Part shown: positions 31,238 to 32,000 of the stretch, piece by piece
Numbering within the stretch: position 1 is the first letter of the stretch
How the letters are laid out: each line of letters starts with the position of its first letter
NCBI RefSeq assembly: GCF_001548275.1
Contig: NZ_AP014945.1
Location: forward strand, 720,001 to 752,000
Direction: 5' to 3'
Source: Caldimicrobium thiodismutans
GTDB taxonomy: Bacteria; Desulfobacterota; Thermodesulfobacteria; Thermodesulfobacteriales; Thermodesulfobacteriaceae
DNA length: 32,000 nt
The notes under the pieces: generated by a model
Told to the model about the DNA's origin: nothing
The model's input: only the letters and a program-made list of their open reading frames with translations
Databases searched by the model: none
Position numbers and translations under genes: made by a program

Positions 31238-31911
31238 TTGACTACCCCTTTTATGGTTTTAAGACCTTCAAAGGCAAAGAGATCTTTTCTTCTTTTGTAA
31301 ATAGCTGTAACTAAAGCACCTGTAATTATAGCCTCAAGTATTCCAAGGGGAACTTGGGTAGGAATAAAGGCAAGTAGCACCTTGATGAAAAGGGATGACA
31401 CAGATTCCTCACCTTTAAGGGCTAAAGCAAGCTGAATAGCGGTTGTAAGATAGGTTATCCAGTCAGCAAGAAGCCCTGCTAAAAAACCCTTCATATAAAG
31501 GGGAAAGCCTAAGTTTTGAGTTAACCGAATCACAAGATAAGCAGAAATACTTCCCATAATAGCCATAGAAAAGGCATTGGCACCAAGGGTTGAAAGCCCT
31601 CCGTGAGCAAGAAATAAAGCCTGAAGGAGAAGCACTATAAAACCTGAAATAATACTTCCTGAAAGGCCAAGCACAAAGACTGCAACTGCAATCCCTACAG
31701 GGTGGGAACAGGTTCCGGAGAAAGGCACAGGTATGGGAACAACTGAAAAGAGAAAAACAAGCGCAGTAATGAAAGCAAAAACTGCCTTTTTCTCAGGATA
31801 ATCCTGAAGATTCCTTTTAAGATTTTTAAAACTTATAGCAAGGGCACCTAAAGTTCCAGCCCACCATAATCCAGCCCATGAAAGAGGCAAAATTCCTTCA
31901 GAAATATGCAT
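31234..31911 (-). CDS. cbiM: Co/Ni ECF transporter substrate-capture component CbiM/NikM
   Basis: 225 aa. The N-terminal MHISEGILP is diagnostic of the family. 6-7 TM helices. GGGAGGAG SD. Confidence 0.85.
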   Translation of the reverse strand: MHISEGILPLSWAGLWWAGTLGALAISFKNLKRNLQDYPEKKAVFAFITALVFLFSVVPIPVPFSGTCSHPVGIAVAVFVLGLSGSIISGFIVLLLQALFLAHGGLSTLGANAFSMAIMGSISAYLVIRLTQNLGFPLYMKGFLAGLLADWITYLTTAIQLALALKGEESVSSLFIKVLLAFIPTQVPLGILEAIITGALVTAIYKRRKDLFAFEGLKTIKGVVK

Positions 31912-32000
31912 CTTCTCCTCCCTTAATGGTAATTTATTTTACCATACCCAAAAATATCAATTTGTCAAGATTTTTTATAGAATTAATCATAGGTATTTTA

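Noticed and set aside
31912-32000. Cobalamin riboswitch or NikR operator upstream of cbiM
   Set aside because: A TTGACA-16-TATGGT promoter (minus strand, 31968-31941) leaves a 5' UTR of only ~25-30 nt, too short for a B12 riboswitch. The short dyad GGTAA-N6-TTACC (31928-31943) has only 5-bp arms and is not convincing.

Overview
Low-GC (roughly one-third G+C by eye), densely coding bacterial chromosome segment. The gene content (archaeal-type ApgM, multiheme cytochrome c, many Fe-S and radical-SAM proteins) suggests a thermophilic anaerobe, but that is only an inference. Housekeeping genes: hisH (partial), infC, thrS, tRNA-Val(GAC), a peroxiredoxin, apgM, an Mrp/NBP35 Fe-S carrier, flaG, asd, rlmI and a cbiMNQO ECF metal transporter. 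Four regions stand out. (1) 3370-9498 is a two-operon cluster matching the 'radical-SAM/selenodomain-associated' arsenosugar-type organoarsenical set. It holds an ArsM-like methyltransferase fused to an ArsS-type radical SAM protein, DUF2064/TIGR04282-like and GT2/TIGR04283-like transferases, a secreted rhodanese, and an HdrD-like Fe-S/CCG domain fused to a TVP38/DedA membrane domain. (2) 10725-14993 is a decaying, rearranged CRISPR region. The cas6 gene loses its C-terminal Gly-rich loop exactly at the first repeat, so the 14-repeat array has no leader. Further intact and degenerate copies of the same 30-bp repeat follow, with whole protein genes in the spacer positions: a lipoprotein, a GC-rich foreign RDD/zinc-ribbon gene, a small membrane protein and a 116-aa unknown. 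No other cas genes lie in the window. (3) 18927-19136 (minus strand), between mrp and apgM, is a candidate small selenoprotein. An in-frame TGA splits a zinc ribbon, completes a CxxU motif, and is followed by a SECIS-like hairpin at the canonical spacing. (4) A conserved box, GATATGGA(C/G)GCATAC, lies 6 nt upstream of the -35 element of three unrelated promoters. Other points of note are an SfsA-GIY-YIG(DUF123) fusion, a heme-c-sensor GGDEF/EAL protein and a nine-heme lipoprotein cytochrome. All calls come from reading the sequence and translations; no database search was run.
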